Source: Rhodospirillales bacterium (GTDB taxonomy: Bacteria; Pseudomonadota; Alphaproteobacteria; Acetobacterales; Acetobacteraceae). From it: a stretch of 64,000 bases of DNA. The stretch is from assembly GCA_043744375.1 (NCBI GenBank), contig JAYTUU010000052.1, positions 1,450 through 65,449 on the forward strand, read 5' to 3'. Positions 56,542 to 64,000 of this stretch are shown here, piece by piece. Position numbers and translations under genes: made by a program. The stretch's first letter is position 1. Every line of letters begins with the position of its first letter. The notes below the pieces were generated by a model. It made no database searches, was not told the origin of the DNA, and saw only the letters and a list, made by a program, of their open reading frames with translations.

Positions 56542-57570
56542 TCAGGCGGCGATATCGACCCATCGGCCGCTGCGCGCGCTGGCGGCGATGGCTTCGAGGG
56601 CGAGCACGATATCGATCGACTCCGCCTCGCTGGCGCCGTTCCAGCCGGCGCCGGTGCGCACGAGGGTGGCGAACGAGTCCGCCTCGGCGCGAAAACCGTC
56701 GCCGCCGGGCAGGTCCTCCGTCTCGAACGGCAGCGGGCCGGCGATGCCGCGCTTGACGCGGAGCGGCAGGGTGCCGGTGAGCGCATGGTTGCTGTAGCCG
56801 GTTTCCACCACGCCCTTGTCGCCGATGATGACGGCATGGCGGTGCCCGGCGGTGGACAGGCTGCACGTGAGTTGGCCGATCGCGCCGGAGGGGAATTCGA
56901 TGGTCGCCGCGATGGTCTGATCGACGCCGGTGGTGGTGGTGCGCTGCGTCGCGATCAGGCGTGTCGGGCGTTCGCCGGTGGCGATGCGCAGCAGGCTCAT
57001 CGCATAGGTGCCGGCATCGAGCAGCGCGCCGCCGCCGCGGGCGGGCACCAGGCGGATGTTCGCCGGGTCGCCGGTCGGCACGCCGTCAGCCGTCGCGATG
57101 GCGAATCCGAACGCGGCGGTGGCGATCTGGACGCGGCCGAGCGTGCCGTCGGCGAGCAGTTCGCGCAGCCGCAGCGTCTGCGGTTGGGACATGTAGGGGT
57201 AGGCTTCGCGCAGATACACGCCATGAGCGCGGGCGGCGGCATACATCGCATGCGCCTCGGTGCCGGTCATGCAGAGCGGCTTCTCGCACAGCACATGCTT
57301 GCCGGCCGCCATCGCCTTGATCGCCCACTCCGCGTGCATGTCGTTCGGCAGGGGGATGTAGATCGCCTCGATCTCGGGGTCGGCGAGCAGCGCCTCGTAG
57401 GTGGGGTGGGCGCGGGGAATGCCGAGCTCCTTGGCGAACGCGGCCGCCTTCTCCGCGCCACGGCTGCCGACGGCGGTGACGGTGGCGAGCGGCGAGCCGG
57501 CAACCCCGCGGGTGAACTGGCGGGCAATGTTGGCGGCACCGAGGATGCCGTAGCGGAGCGGGGAGGTCAT
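56542..57570 (-). CDS. Gfo/Idh/MocA-family NAD(P)-dependent oxidoreductase
   Basis: MTSPLRYGILGAANIARQF Rossmann N-terminus, IYIPLPNDMHAEWAIKAMAAGKHVLCEKP. ATG 57570 preceded by AGGAGA. Confidence 0.88.
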   Translation of the reverse strand: MTSPLRYGILGAANIARQFTRGVAGSPLATVTAVGSRGAEKAAAFAKELGIPRAHPTYEALLADPEIEAIYIPLPNDMHAEWAIKAMAAGKHVLCEKPLCMTGTEAHAMYAAARAHGVYLREAYPYMSQPQTLRLRELLADGTLGRVQIATAAFGFAIATADGVPTGDPANIRLVPARGGGALLDAGTYAMSLLRIATGERPTRLIATQRTTTTGVDQTIAATIEFPSGAIGQLTCSLSTAGHRHAVIIGDKGVVETGYSNHALTGTLPLRVKRGIAGPLPFETEDLPGGDGFRAEADSFATLVRTGAGWNGASEAESIDIVLALEAIAASARSGRWVDIAA

Positions 57571-58567
57571 GGTCGTCTCCTGGATTTCCGGGAGAATGCG
57601 GCAGTCCGGAGGGATCGGCCAGGGGGGGTGCCTAATTATTCCGAAATCGCAACAAATAGGGCATGCGTTTGCTGCCGGTGCGGTAGGCCCGGGAGGCGGC
57701 GCGGGGGGTGGCCAGGGTGGCGGGCGCATCAGAGCGGGGGGCGCGGGCGGAGGGGGAGCGTTGGGTGGGGTGGTGCATGCAGGCCGGGCAGGCGGCGCGC
57801 TGATGGTGTGGGTTTGCGGCGGCGGCTGGTCCGGCGGCGCGGGGCGTTGGGTGCGCGGGGCGCCCGGCGGGGTGGGGTGGCGCGCGGGCCGGTTGGCGGG
57901 CGGCGTGCGGGGTTGGCTGTCCTGGCACGGGCGGTTGGGCAAGGCGGGCGGCGGGCCGGCGGCCTGGAAGAACGCCAGCAGGTGGGCGAGGCCATCGCGC
58001 AGATGGCCGATTGGCGCCCAAACTGGCCGCCAAACTGGCTCGGCCCAGGCGCCGAACAGACGCTGGCGCAGGGTGCGCAGCGGCGTGGCGGGGGCCAGCA
58101 TTGCATCCAGGCACCGGATGATCGCCTCCAGCACGCGACACAAAGCCACCGCGTCAGGGGCGCCAGGCCGGGGTTGGGGGGGAGCAATGTTCATATTGTG
58201 TTCCTAGCAAACCGTTAGGCCGGATGCAAGGAAATTTTTCCTCTAAAGGCTCTTTTTCAGTGGCGCGATGCGGGAGAGGCGGTGCCGGGCGAGGCTCAGG
58301 CGTGCGGACGCCGACGCTGATAGTGGCCGAACCGCCGGCGATGGGGGCGGTGAAGGATCGGCACGCCGAGTGCGGGCACGCTGCCGCCAGTGAGCGCGGC
58401 GACCCTGACGCGCGGGGCTAGGGGAGCGGCATGGGCCGGCGGTTGCGGGGGGCGACGAGGGCGACGGCGATGCAGCAGGCGCTTTGCACCGCCTGGGCAT
58501 GCGCGGACACCTTCGAGCGGGATGGGCAGAGAGTGGACAGCCGTATCGATGAGACAGCTCCGAATGC
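57486..58567. repeat. R2: ~1.08-kb direct repeat, paralogous to R1 at 18340..19392
   Basis: Same orientation as R1. Relative to R1 it carries a 12-nt CCAAACTGGC-type duplication and a ~25-nt insertion (GGTGCCGGGCGAGGCTCAGGCGTGC) in the leader part. Confidence 0.9.
57571..58194 (-). CDS. Hypothetical proline-rich protein, paralogue of 18494..19042; no in-frame stop before the oxidoreductase ATG
   Basis: MNIAPPQPRPGAPDAVALCRVLEAIIRCLDAMLAPATPLRTLRQRLFGAWAEPVWRPVWAPIGHLRDGLAHLLAFFQ.... The track ORF 56542..58194 reads straight into the Gfo/Idh/MocA gene. True 3' end unknown. Confidence 0.4.
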
Positions 58568-58625
58568 ACCTCAGAGACCCACCCTATGGAAGCTCCGGTG
58601 GTGGACGTGGATAGAATTCTCCATT

Positions 58626-59216
58626 CTACCTTTTGCTTGAGACGCCGTGGCGTACATGCATATCAAATTCACGAAGTTCGATGAGGGCACCTCCAACTCC
58701 CTTTCCTGCCGCTTCTTCTAGCAATGGCTTGGCGATGGTCAGGTTCGCGGGAAATTCAGTCCGAATGCCGTACTTATGCATAAACCCTTTAAAAAACTTG
58801 GCCGTCGCATGGTCGTGAGTCTTTATCAAGAAATCCAACATGAAGTCGCTGTATTCTGGCTGGTATATTACAGGTCCCAGACCCTTTACTGCGCCACCGA
58901 TATAAGAAAATATGCTGGCATGCATTATATAATCCGGAGATGTTCGTTCTAGGTCGAGTTTATTTACAATAAATAGTCGCGGACCTACCGAGCCGAAGTC
59001 ATCGTTCAATTGCCGATAAAGTCCGCCGATATCGTCACGAGTCATGCGAGATTCAATTTCCACATGGTAGCGCTCGTGCCTCATGAAGATGCGCGATAGG
59101 ACGCCCTGCACCCTTCTTAAAAGATGGTCGTGATTGGGTCCATCTTTGCCCTCAGTCGCAAGAAGTTTTGCCTTTAGATATACAAACGTTTCTTCCAAAT
59201 CCTTATCGGCGATCAT
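58626..59216 (-). CDS. Hypothetical protein in an AT-rich segment (about 196 aa from ATG 59216)
   Basis: MIADKDLEETFVYLKAKLLATEGKDGPNHDHLLRRVQGVLSRIFMRHERYHVEIE...GGAVKGLGPVIYQPEYSDFMLDFLIKTHDH...; foreign codon usage. The upstream part of the 288-aa track ORF is antisense to the IS3 fragment. Start uncertain. Confidence 0.55.
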   Translation of the reverse strand: MIADKDLEETFVYLKAKLLATEGKDGPNHDHLLRRVQGVLSRIFMRHERYHVEIESRMTRDDIGGLYRQLNDDFGSVGPRLFIVNKLDLERTSPDYIMHASIFSYIGGAVKGLGPVIYQPEYSDFMLDFLIKTHDHATAKFFKGFMHKYGIRTEFPANLTIAKPLLEEAAGKGVGGALIELREFDMHVRHGVSSKR

Positions 59217-59361
59217 TTCGGGACTCAATACGTGCCTATTCAACAACCTCACTCGCGCTACTCCCAGCGTTACAACAAAGGTGGCTCTGGCAATCTGAAC
59301 AGTTGGATAAGTGGCATGGGCGAGCCTGATCGAGCAAGCTTGCTTATGAACGGGAGCGACG

Positions 59362-59580
59362 ATGAGCAGACGACCTCGCCGGAACCAGACGCCGGGCTTC
59401 AAGGCGAAATTGGCCTTGGCGGCCATCAAAGGTGACAAGACGCTGGCCGATCTGGCCAGCAGTTTGACGTGCACCCCAACCAGATCACGCAATGGAAGGC
59501 GCAGTTGCAGGAAGGCGCTGCCGACACCGCCGGTGGACCTGAAATCGCTGCATGGGAAGATCGGAGAGCTGGCGCTGCGC
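59362..59580 (+). mobile_element. IS3-family transposase orfA, degraded fragment (frameshift plus internal deletion, no orfB)
   Basis: MSRRPRRNQTPGFKAKLALAAIKGDKTLADLAS, then a shift of frame restores QFDVHPNQITQWKAQLQEGAAD, then PVDLKSLHGKIGELAL. Confidence 0.75.
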
Positions 59581-59644
59581 TCGTACGGTGAGTGGGCTTC
59601 CGCTGCGACCTGGAATTTGCCGGATGCAAAAATCCTGCAAAGGA

Positions 59645-59783
59645 GAACAGGGCAGATTTCCTGACCTAATGTGATGGGCTACCTCAGGGTAGCTGCCCCC
59701 CGGGACTCCGCAGCCAAACCGATGGAAGTTTTTTGGTTCTTTTTTCAAAAAAGAACTGCTGTCTCAGGGCAATCGCGTGAAGC
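59645..59783. repeat. A2: double-palindrome repeat (copies A1 21780..21892, A3 60654..60757)
   Basis: GAACAGGGCAGATTTCCTGACCTAATG...ACCTCAGGGTAGCTGCCCCCCGGGACTCCGCAGCCAAACCGATGGAAGTTTTTTGGTTCTTTTTTCAAAAAAGAACTGCTGTCTCAGGGCAATCGCGTGAAGC. Confidence 0.85.
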
Positions 59784-59925
59784 ATTGCATTGCAGGTCTC
59801 GACACTCATCCATTCCCTAATGGGCGTCGTTGCAAGCCTTGCGAAGCACTCCCGCATCACCGTCCTTCATTTTCGATGGCCCGGCGAGATGGAAAGGGCT
59901 GGTCAAAATGCTCCTCCAATGCTAG

Positions 59926-59937
59926 GTTACATGTAAC
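59926..59937. promoter_or_regulatory. Perfect 12-bp palindrome upstream of the antitoxin gene (candidate TA operator)
   Basis: GTTACATGTAAC, 14-20 nt upstream of the mazE-type start codons. Confidence 0.4.
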
Positions 59938-59951
59938 TATTCCTTGGAGAT

Positions 59952-60197
59952 ATGGTTATGGCTACGCCATCAAACCCCAAGCCGTCGCGCGTGAAGGTGC
60001 GTGAGCATCGCGCGCGGTTGCGCGGCCAGGGGCTGCGTCCGATCCAGATATGGGTACCGGATGTCCGCGCGCCGGCCTTCCGGTCAGAGGCGCATCGCCA
60101 ATCGCTGGCCGTGGCCACCAGTCCTCATGCTGCTGAAGATCAGGCGTTCATCGACGCCGTGTCCGCTATCGATTTCGAAGAGGGCGGCGCTGAATGA
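59952..60197 (+). CDS. MazE-family antitoxin (DUF3018-like)
   Basis: PSRVKVREHRARLRGQGLRPIQIWVPDVRAPAFRSEAHRQSLAVA. Overlaps the toxin start (ATGA). ATG 59958 is an alternative start (GGAGA upstream). Confidence 0.8.
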   Translation: MVMATPSNPKPSRVKVREHRARLRGQGLRPIQIWVPDVRAPAFRSEAHRQSLAVATSPHAAEDQAFIDAVSAIDFEEGGAE

Positions 60198-60547
60198 GGC
60201 GGGGTGACATCTGGACCGTATCGGGTGGCGAGGGCTATGCAGGCAAACCGCGCCCCGCCGTCATTGTGCAGGACGATAGCTTTGACGGTACCGACTCCAT
60301 CACCATCTGCGCCTTCACCACGGATGAGACCGACGCGCCGCTGTTTCGGCTTGTCGTGGAACCGAACGAGCGGAATGGTTTGCGCGCCGGATGCCGCATG
60401 ATGGTGGACAAGATCACCACCGTCCCCAAGTCGAAGACCGGCGCGCGCGTCGGCAGGCTCGATGACGAGGATATCCTGCGCCTCAATCAGGCCGTGCTGG
60501 TGTTCCTTGGACTGGCGGTTTCGCCAAGGGTGAGCCGGGAGGGGTGA
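60194..60547 (+). CDS. PemK/MazF-family type II toxin (endoribonuclease)
   Basis: MRRGDIWTVSGGEGYAGKPRPAVIVQDDSF...ITICAFTTDETDAPLFRLVVEP...MMVDKITTVPKSK. Confidence 0.88.
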   Translation: MRRGDIWTVSGGEGYAGKPRPAVIVQDDSFDGTDSITICAFTTDETDAPLFRLVVEPNERNGLRAGCRMMVDKITTVPKSKTGARVGRLDDEDILRLNQAVLVFLGLAVSPRVSREG

Positions 60548-60653
60548 CAAAGAAGGCCGCCGAACGTACCCCGGCGTAGGTTGGGGCCGTTCTGTTTATC
60601 AGCGGTTCGCGCGATCCGGCCGGTATGTCCCGACCCCGCGCCGAGTGCGGTCG

Positions 60654-60757
60654 AACCTCAGGGCAGCTGCCTCCGGGACTCAGCGGCCAAACCGATAGAA
60701 GTTTTTTGGTTCTTTTTTTCAAAAAAGAACCGCTGTCTCAGGGCAATCGGGTGAAGC
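60654..60757. repeat. A3: double-palindrome repeat lacking the first ~30 nt of A1/A2
   Basis: ACCTCAGGGCAGCTGCCTCCGGGACTCAGCGGCCAAACCGATAGAAGTTTTTTGGTTCTTTTTTTCAAAAAAGAACCGCTGTCTCAGGGCAATCGGGTGAAGC. Confidence 0.85.
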
Positions 60758-60840
60758 GCGGCAATCCCGCATCGCCGTGAGACCGTTTGGGTGGCTCTGG
60801 ATTGCTTCGCAAGGGCTCGCAATGACGGTGGAGAACCGCC

Positions 60841-60869
60841 TTGCGCGGGGGGCGGGGGGTGGTTATAAG
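60841..60869 (+). promoter_or_regulatory. Candidate sigma70-type promoter for rpmI-rplT
   Basis: TTGCGC (60841-60846), 17-nt spacer, TATAAG (60864-60869), ~90 nt upstream of the rpmI ATG. Pattern match only. Confidence 0.35.
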
Positions 60870-60958
60870 CCCGGCCTCATCTGCGAGTCCGGGCCTGTAG
60901 GGCATGCCCGGCCGCGATGCCTGCGTTGGTGCAGGGTGCAAGCTTAGAGGAGTATCAA

Positions 60959-61162
60959 ATGCCCAAGATGAAGACGAAGTCTTCGGTCAAGAAGCGCTTC
61001 AAGATCACTGCGACCGGCAAGGTTCTTGCTGGTCCGGGGAACAAGCGCCATGGCCTGATCAATCGCTCGCAGAAGATGAAGCGGCAGGGCCGCGGTAGCC
61101 AGGTGCTGACGGAGGCCGATGGCCTCACCGTCAAGCAGTGGGCGCCGTACGGTCTGAGCTGA
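60959..61162 (+). CDS. rpmI: 50S ribosomal protein L35
   Basis: [39 protein letters not shown]; AGAGGAG upstream. Confidence 0.95.
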   Translation: MPKMKTKSSVKKRFKITATGKVLAGPGNKRHGLINRSQKMKRQGRGSQVLTEADGLTVKQWAPYGLS

Positions 61163-61174
61163 GGGAGAGCAGGC

Positions 61175-61531
61175 ATGGCACGCGTTAAACGGGGCGTCAC
61201 GACTCACGCCCGTCACAAGAAGGTCATCGACGCCTCCAAGGGGTTCGTTGGCCGGTCCTCAACCAATTACCGCATCGCGCTGGAGCGGCTCGAGAAGTCG
61301 CTGCAATACGCGTATCGGGATCGCCGGGTGAAGAAGCGCGAATTCCGCGGTTTGTGGATCCAGCGCATCAACGCCGCCGTGCGTGAGCATGGCATGATCT
61401 ATTCGCGATTTATCGCCGGGCTGAAGACGGCTGGCATCGAGATGGACCGCAAGGTGCTCGCTGCCATCGCGTATGACGATCCCAAGAGCTTCGCGGAGAT
61501 CGTCAAGAAGGTGCAGGCCGCCCTGGCCTGA
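61175..61531 (+). CDS. rplT: 50S ribosomal protein L20
   Basis: [35 protein letters not shown]...[24 protein letters not shown]. Confidence 0.97.
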   Translation: MARVKRGVTTHARHKKVIDASKGFVGRSSTNYRIALERLEKSLQYAYRDRRVKKREFRGLWIQRINAAVREHGMIYSRFIAGLKTAGIEMDRKVLAAIAYDDPKSFAEIVKKVQAALA

Positions 61532-61566
61532 TCGGTTCCTTTCGGAACATACGATCAATCTTGAAA

Positions 61567-61593
61567 GGGCTGCCCGCGTGGGCGGCCCTTTTT
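61567..61593 (+). terminator. Intrinsic terminator after rplT
   Basis: GGGCTGCCC-GCGT-GGGCGGCCC hairpin (one G-T pair) followed by TTTTT. Confidence 0.7.
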
Positions 61594-61611
61594 CGCATGC
61601 AGGATCCGTAG

Positions 61612-62682
61612 ATGAGCGACGATTTCTCGACGTTGAAGGCTGACACCGAGGCGGCATTGGCGGCGGCGCGGGACATCCGGGCGTGGGACGCGATCCGCGT
61701 CGGCGTGCTCGGCAAGAACGGCGCGCTGACGCAGTTGCTGAAGGAGTTGGGGAAGGTTTCGCCCGAGGAGCGGCGCGGCCGTGGCGCCGCTCTGAACCTG
61801 TTGAAGGACGCGCTGACCTCGGCGATCGAGGGGCGACGGACGGCGCTGGAGGGGGCGGCACTCGATGCCCGTCTCGCCGCCGAACGCATGGACGTCACTT
61901 TGCCGCCGCGCCCCGTCGTCAACGGGCTGATCCACCCGATCAGCCGGACGATGGAGGAGATGGCCGCCATTTTCGGCGCCATGGGGTTCGCCATCGCCGA
62001 GGGGCCGGACGTCGAGGATGACTGGCGCAATTTCGGTGCCCTCAACATCCCCGCGCATCATTCGGCGCGCGAGGACATGGACACGTTCTATCTGCCCGGC
62101 ACCGACGCCGACGCCCGGCGCCGCGTGCTGCGGACGCATACCTCGCCCGTGCAGGTGCGCACGATGGTGAGCCAGGAGCCGCCGCTGCGCGTCATCGTGC
62201 CCGGCCGCACCTATCGCGCCGACCATGACGCGACGCATAGCCCGATGTTCCACCAGGTCGAGGGTTTGGCGCTCGATCGCGGGCTGACGCTGGGCCATCT
62301 GAAGGGCTGCCTGATCGATTTCCTGCGCGCCTTCTTTGGCATTTCGAACTTGCCGGTGCGCTTCCGCTCGTCCTATTTCCCGTTCACCGAGCCGTCGATG
62401 GAGGTTGATATCGGCTGGAACCGGAAGACCGGCGAGCTTGGTGGCGGCGGCGATTGGCTGGAAATCCTCGGCAGCGGCATGGTGCATCCGAAAGTGCTGG
62501 CCAATTGCGGCATCGACCCGCGGGAGTGGCAGGGCTTCGCGTTCGGCATGGGGATCGAGCGGGTAACGATGTTGAAGCATGGCATTCCCGATCTGCGGCC
62601 GTTCTATGAGAGTGATATCCGCTGGCTGCGCCATTACGGTTTCAATCCGCTGGCGGCGGCGCTGCTGCATGAGGGGGTCTGA
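61612..62682 (+). CDS. pheS: Phenylalanine--tRNA ligase alpha subunit
   Basis: HPISRTMEEM, RTHTSPVQVR, FHQVEGL, FPFTEPSMEVD, GSGMVHPKVL, GFAFGMGIERV motifs. Confidence 0.96.
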   Translation: MSDDFSTLKADTEAALAAARDIRAWDAIRVGVLGKNGALTQLLKELGKVSPEERRGRGAALNLLKDALTSAIEGRRTALEGAALDARLAAERMDVTLPPRPVVNGLIHPISRTMEEMAAIFGAMGFAIAEGPDVEDDWRNFGALNIPAHHSAREDMDTFYLPGTDADARRRVLRTHTSPVQVRTMVSQEPPLRVIVPGRTYRADHDATHSPMFHQVEGLALDRGLTLGHLKGCLIDFLRAFFGISNLPVRFRSSYFPFTEPSMEVDIGWNRKTGELGGGGDWLEILGSGMVHPKVLANCGIDPREWQGFAFGMGIERVTMLKHGIPDLRPFYESDIRWLRHYGFNPLAAALLHEGV

Positions 62683-62685
62683 GCG

Positions 62686-64000
62686 ATGAAATTCTCCCTC
62701 TCCTGGCTCAAGACGCATCTGGACACGACGGCGTTGTTGCAGGACATCACCGACGCGTTGACGATGATCGGCCTCGAACTCGAAGGCGTCGAGGATCGCG
62801 GCGCGGCGCTGGCGGCGTTCCGTATCGCCCATGTGATCGAGGCCGTGCAGCACCCGAACGCGGACCGGCTGCGCGCCTGCAAGGTGGATACCGGCGACGG
62901 TATTTTTTCGGTTGTCTGCGGGGCGCCGAACGCGCGCACGGGGATGAAGGCGGTGTTTGCCGCCGCCGGCACATATATTCCGGGCACCGGGATGACGCTG
63001 AAGGTGGGCGAAATCCGCGGCGTGCAGTCGGCTGGGATGCTGCTGTCGATGCGCGAAATGGGTCTCGGGGATGACCATGAGGGCATCGTCGATCTGCCGG
63101 CGGATGCGCCGGTCGGCGTGCCGTATCCGGTCTGGGCGGGCATGGATGATCCGATCATCGACATCGCCGTCACCCCCAATCGCGGCGACGCGCTGTCCGT
63201 GCGCGGCGTGGCGCGCGATCTGGCGGCGGCCGGTATCGGCACGCTGAAGCCGCTGGCGGTGGAGCAGGTGCCGGCGGCGTTCGCCAGCCCCGTGCGCTGG
63301 GCGATCGATATGCCCGAGACCTGCCCGTGGGTGCTCGGGCGGACCGTGCGCGGCGTCAAGAACGGGCCAAGCCCGCAATGGTTGCAGGACCGGCTGACCT
63401 CGATCGGGCTGCGGCCGATCAACGCGCTGGTCGATGTCACCAACTTCTTCACCATCGATCTCGGCCGCCCGCTGCACGTGTTCGACGCCGACAAGGTGCA
63501 GGGCGGCGTGCTGACGTTCCGCCCGGGTATGGGGGAAGATTTTCGTGCGCTGAACGGCAAGGACTATACGGTGCGACCGGTCGATTGCGCGATCGCCGAC
63601 GCGGCCGGCGTGCAGTCGCTGGCCGGGGTGATTGGCGGCGAGGCGACCGGGTGCGACGTGGCGACGACTTCGGTCTTCATCGAATGCGCATTGTTCAACC
63701 CGGTGACCACCGCGCTGTCCGGCCGGCATCACCAGATCATTTCCGACGCCCGGCAGCGTTTCGAACGCGGCATTGACCCGGCACTGCTGCCCGACGCCGT
63801 CGAACTGGCAACCCGGATGATCATCGACCTCTGCGGCGGCGAGGCGTCCGAGGTGGTCGCCGCCGGGGCGGAACCGGCCTGGCAGCGGCAGGCGACGTTG
63901 CGCTTCCGCCGGCTGGCCGAATTCGGCGGCCTCGATGTGCCGGCCGACGAAGCGGTCTCCCGCCTCGAACGCCTCGGTTTCGCGGTCGTCGCGCGCGATG
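62686..64000 (+). CDS. pheT: Phenylalanine--tRNA ligase beta subunit, N-terminal part (runs off the right edge)
   Basis: Not in the track (no stop in the window). My translation from ATG 62686: MKFSLSWLKTHLDTTALLQDITDALTMIGLELEGVEDRGAALAAFRIAHVIEAVQHPNADRLRACKVDTGDG...VVCGAPNARTGMK...GVQSAGMLLS. Confidence 0.93.
   Translation, partial: MKFSLSWLKTHLDTTALLQDITDALTMIGLELEGVEDRGAALAAFRIAHVIEAVQHPNADRLRACKVDTGDGIFSVVCGAPNARTGMKAVFAAAGTYIPGTGMTLKVGEIRGVQSAGMLLSMREMGLGDDHEGIVDLPADAPVGVPYPVWAGMDDPIIDIAVTPNRGDALSVRGVARDLAAAGIGTLKPLAVEQVPAAFASPVRWAIDMPETCPWVLGRTVRGVKNGPSPQWLQDRLTSIGLRPINALVDVTNFFTIDLGRPLHVFDADKVQGGVLTFRPGMGEDFRALNGKDYTVRPVDCAIADAAGVQSLAGVIGGEATGCDVATTSVFIECALFNPVTTALSGRHHQIISDARQRFERGIDPALLPDAVELATRMIIDLCGGEASEVVAAGAEPAWQRQATLRFRRLAEFGGLDVPADEAVSRLERLGFAVVARD

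Noticed and set aside
56542-58194. A single 550-aa fusion protein (proline-rich domain plus oxidoreductase)
   Set aside because: The paralogous copy terminates before this point, and the oxidoreductase has its own strong SD-ATG. The read-through spans a short AT-rich promoter-like spacer. It is kept as a low-interest finding only.
56350-58218. 622-aa + strand ORF spanning the oxidoreductase and R2
   Set aside because: Antisense to a clear Gfo/Idh/MocA gene. Arg/Gly-rich with no motifs.
59645-60757. A repeats as integron attC sites with mazEF as a gene cassette
   Set aside because: No GTTRRRY / RYYYAAC core sites at the repeat ends, and no intI or attI nearby. The palindromes are of a different type.
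61555-63732. 725-aa minus-strand ORF
   Set aside because: Antisense shadow of pheS/pheT.
1-64000. Search for tRNA, rRNA, tmRNA or other classical RNA genes in the larger intergenic regions
   Set aside because: I saw no T-loop (GGTTCGAATCC-like) or acceptor-stem patterns and no rRNA-like stretches. A tRNAscan/Infernal run would be needed to be certain.

Overview
High-GC, alphaproteobacterium-like chromosomal window, mostly conserved housekeeping clusters. In order: a reductive pyrimidine catabolism set (M20 amidohydrolase, preA, preT; minus strand); the rpsB-tsf-pyrH-frr-uppS-cdsA-dxr-rseP-bamA-skp-lpxD-fabZ-lpxA-lpxI supercluster; rluB-rsmD; mutL-pgi; lspA-ileS-ribF; a peptide/D-amino-acid catabolic patch; prfB (classical +1 frameshift site), mrcA and an amidase; rne; tkt-gap-pgk; ftsY-mtaB-dapF; rpmI-rplT-pheS-pheT. 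I found no rRNA, tRNA or CRISPR array. Many long ORFs in the track are antisense shadows of real genes, as expected at this GC content, and several real genes start well inside their track ORF. The non-core content sits in two small islands, about 18.3-22.0 kb and 57.5-60.8 kb, which share one architecture. Each has a ~1.05-kb direct repeat (R) carrying a proline-rich orphan ORF and a conserved leader. This is followed by IS debris (IS5-, IS1595- and IS3-type fragments) and strongly AT-rich orphan genes of unknown function. Each island ends with a ~110-bp double-palindrome repeat (A). A mazEF-type toxin-antitoxin cassette is bracketed by two A copies. The two R copies also flank ~38 kb of essential genes. 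Other repeats: a two-member MITE-like nested-palindrome family, a 31-bp tandem array upstream of pgi, and in-frame microsatellites in pgi and rne. All functional calls come from motif recognition by eye. No database search was possible, so the orphan genes stay uncharacterised candidates.
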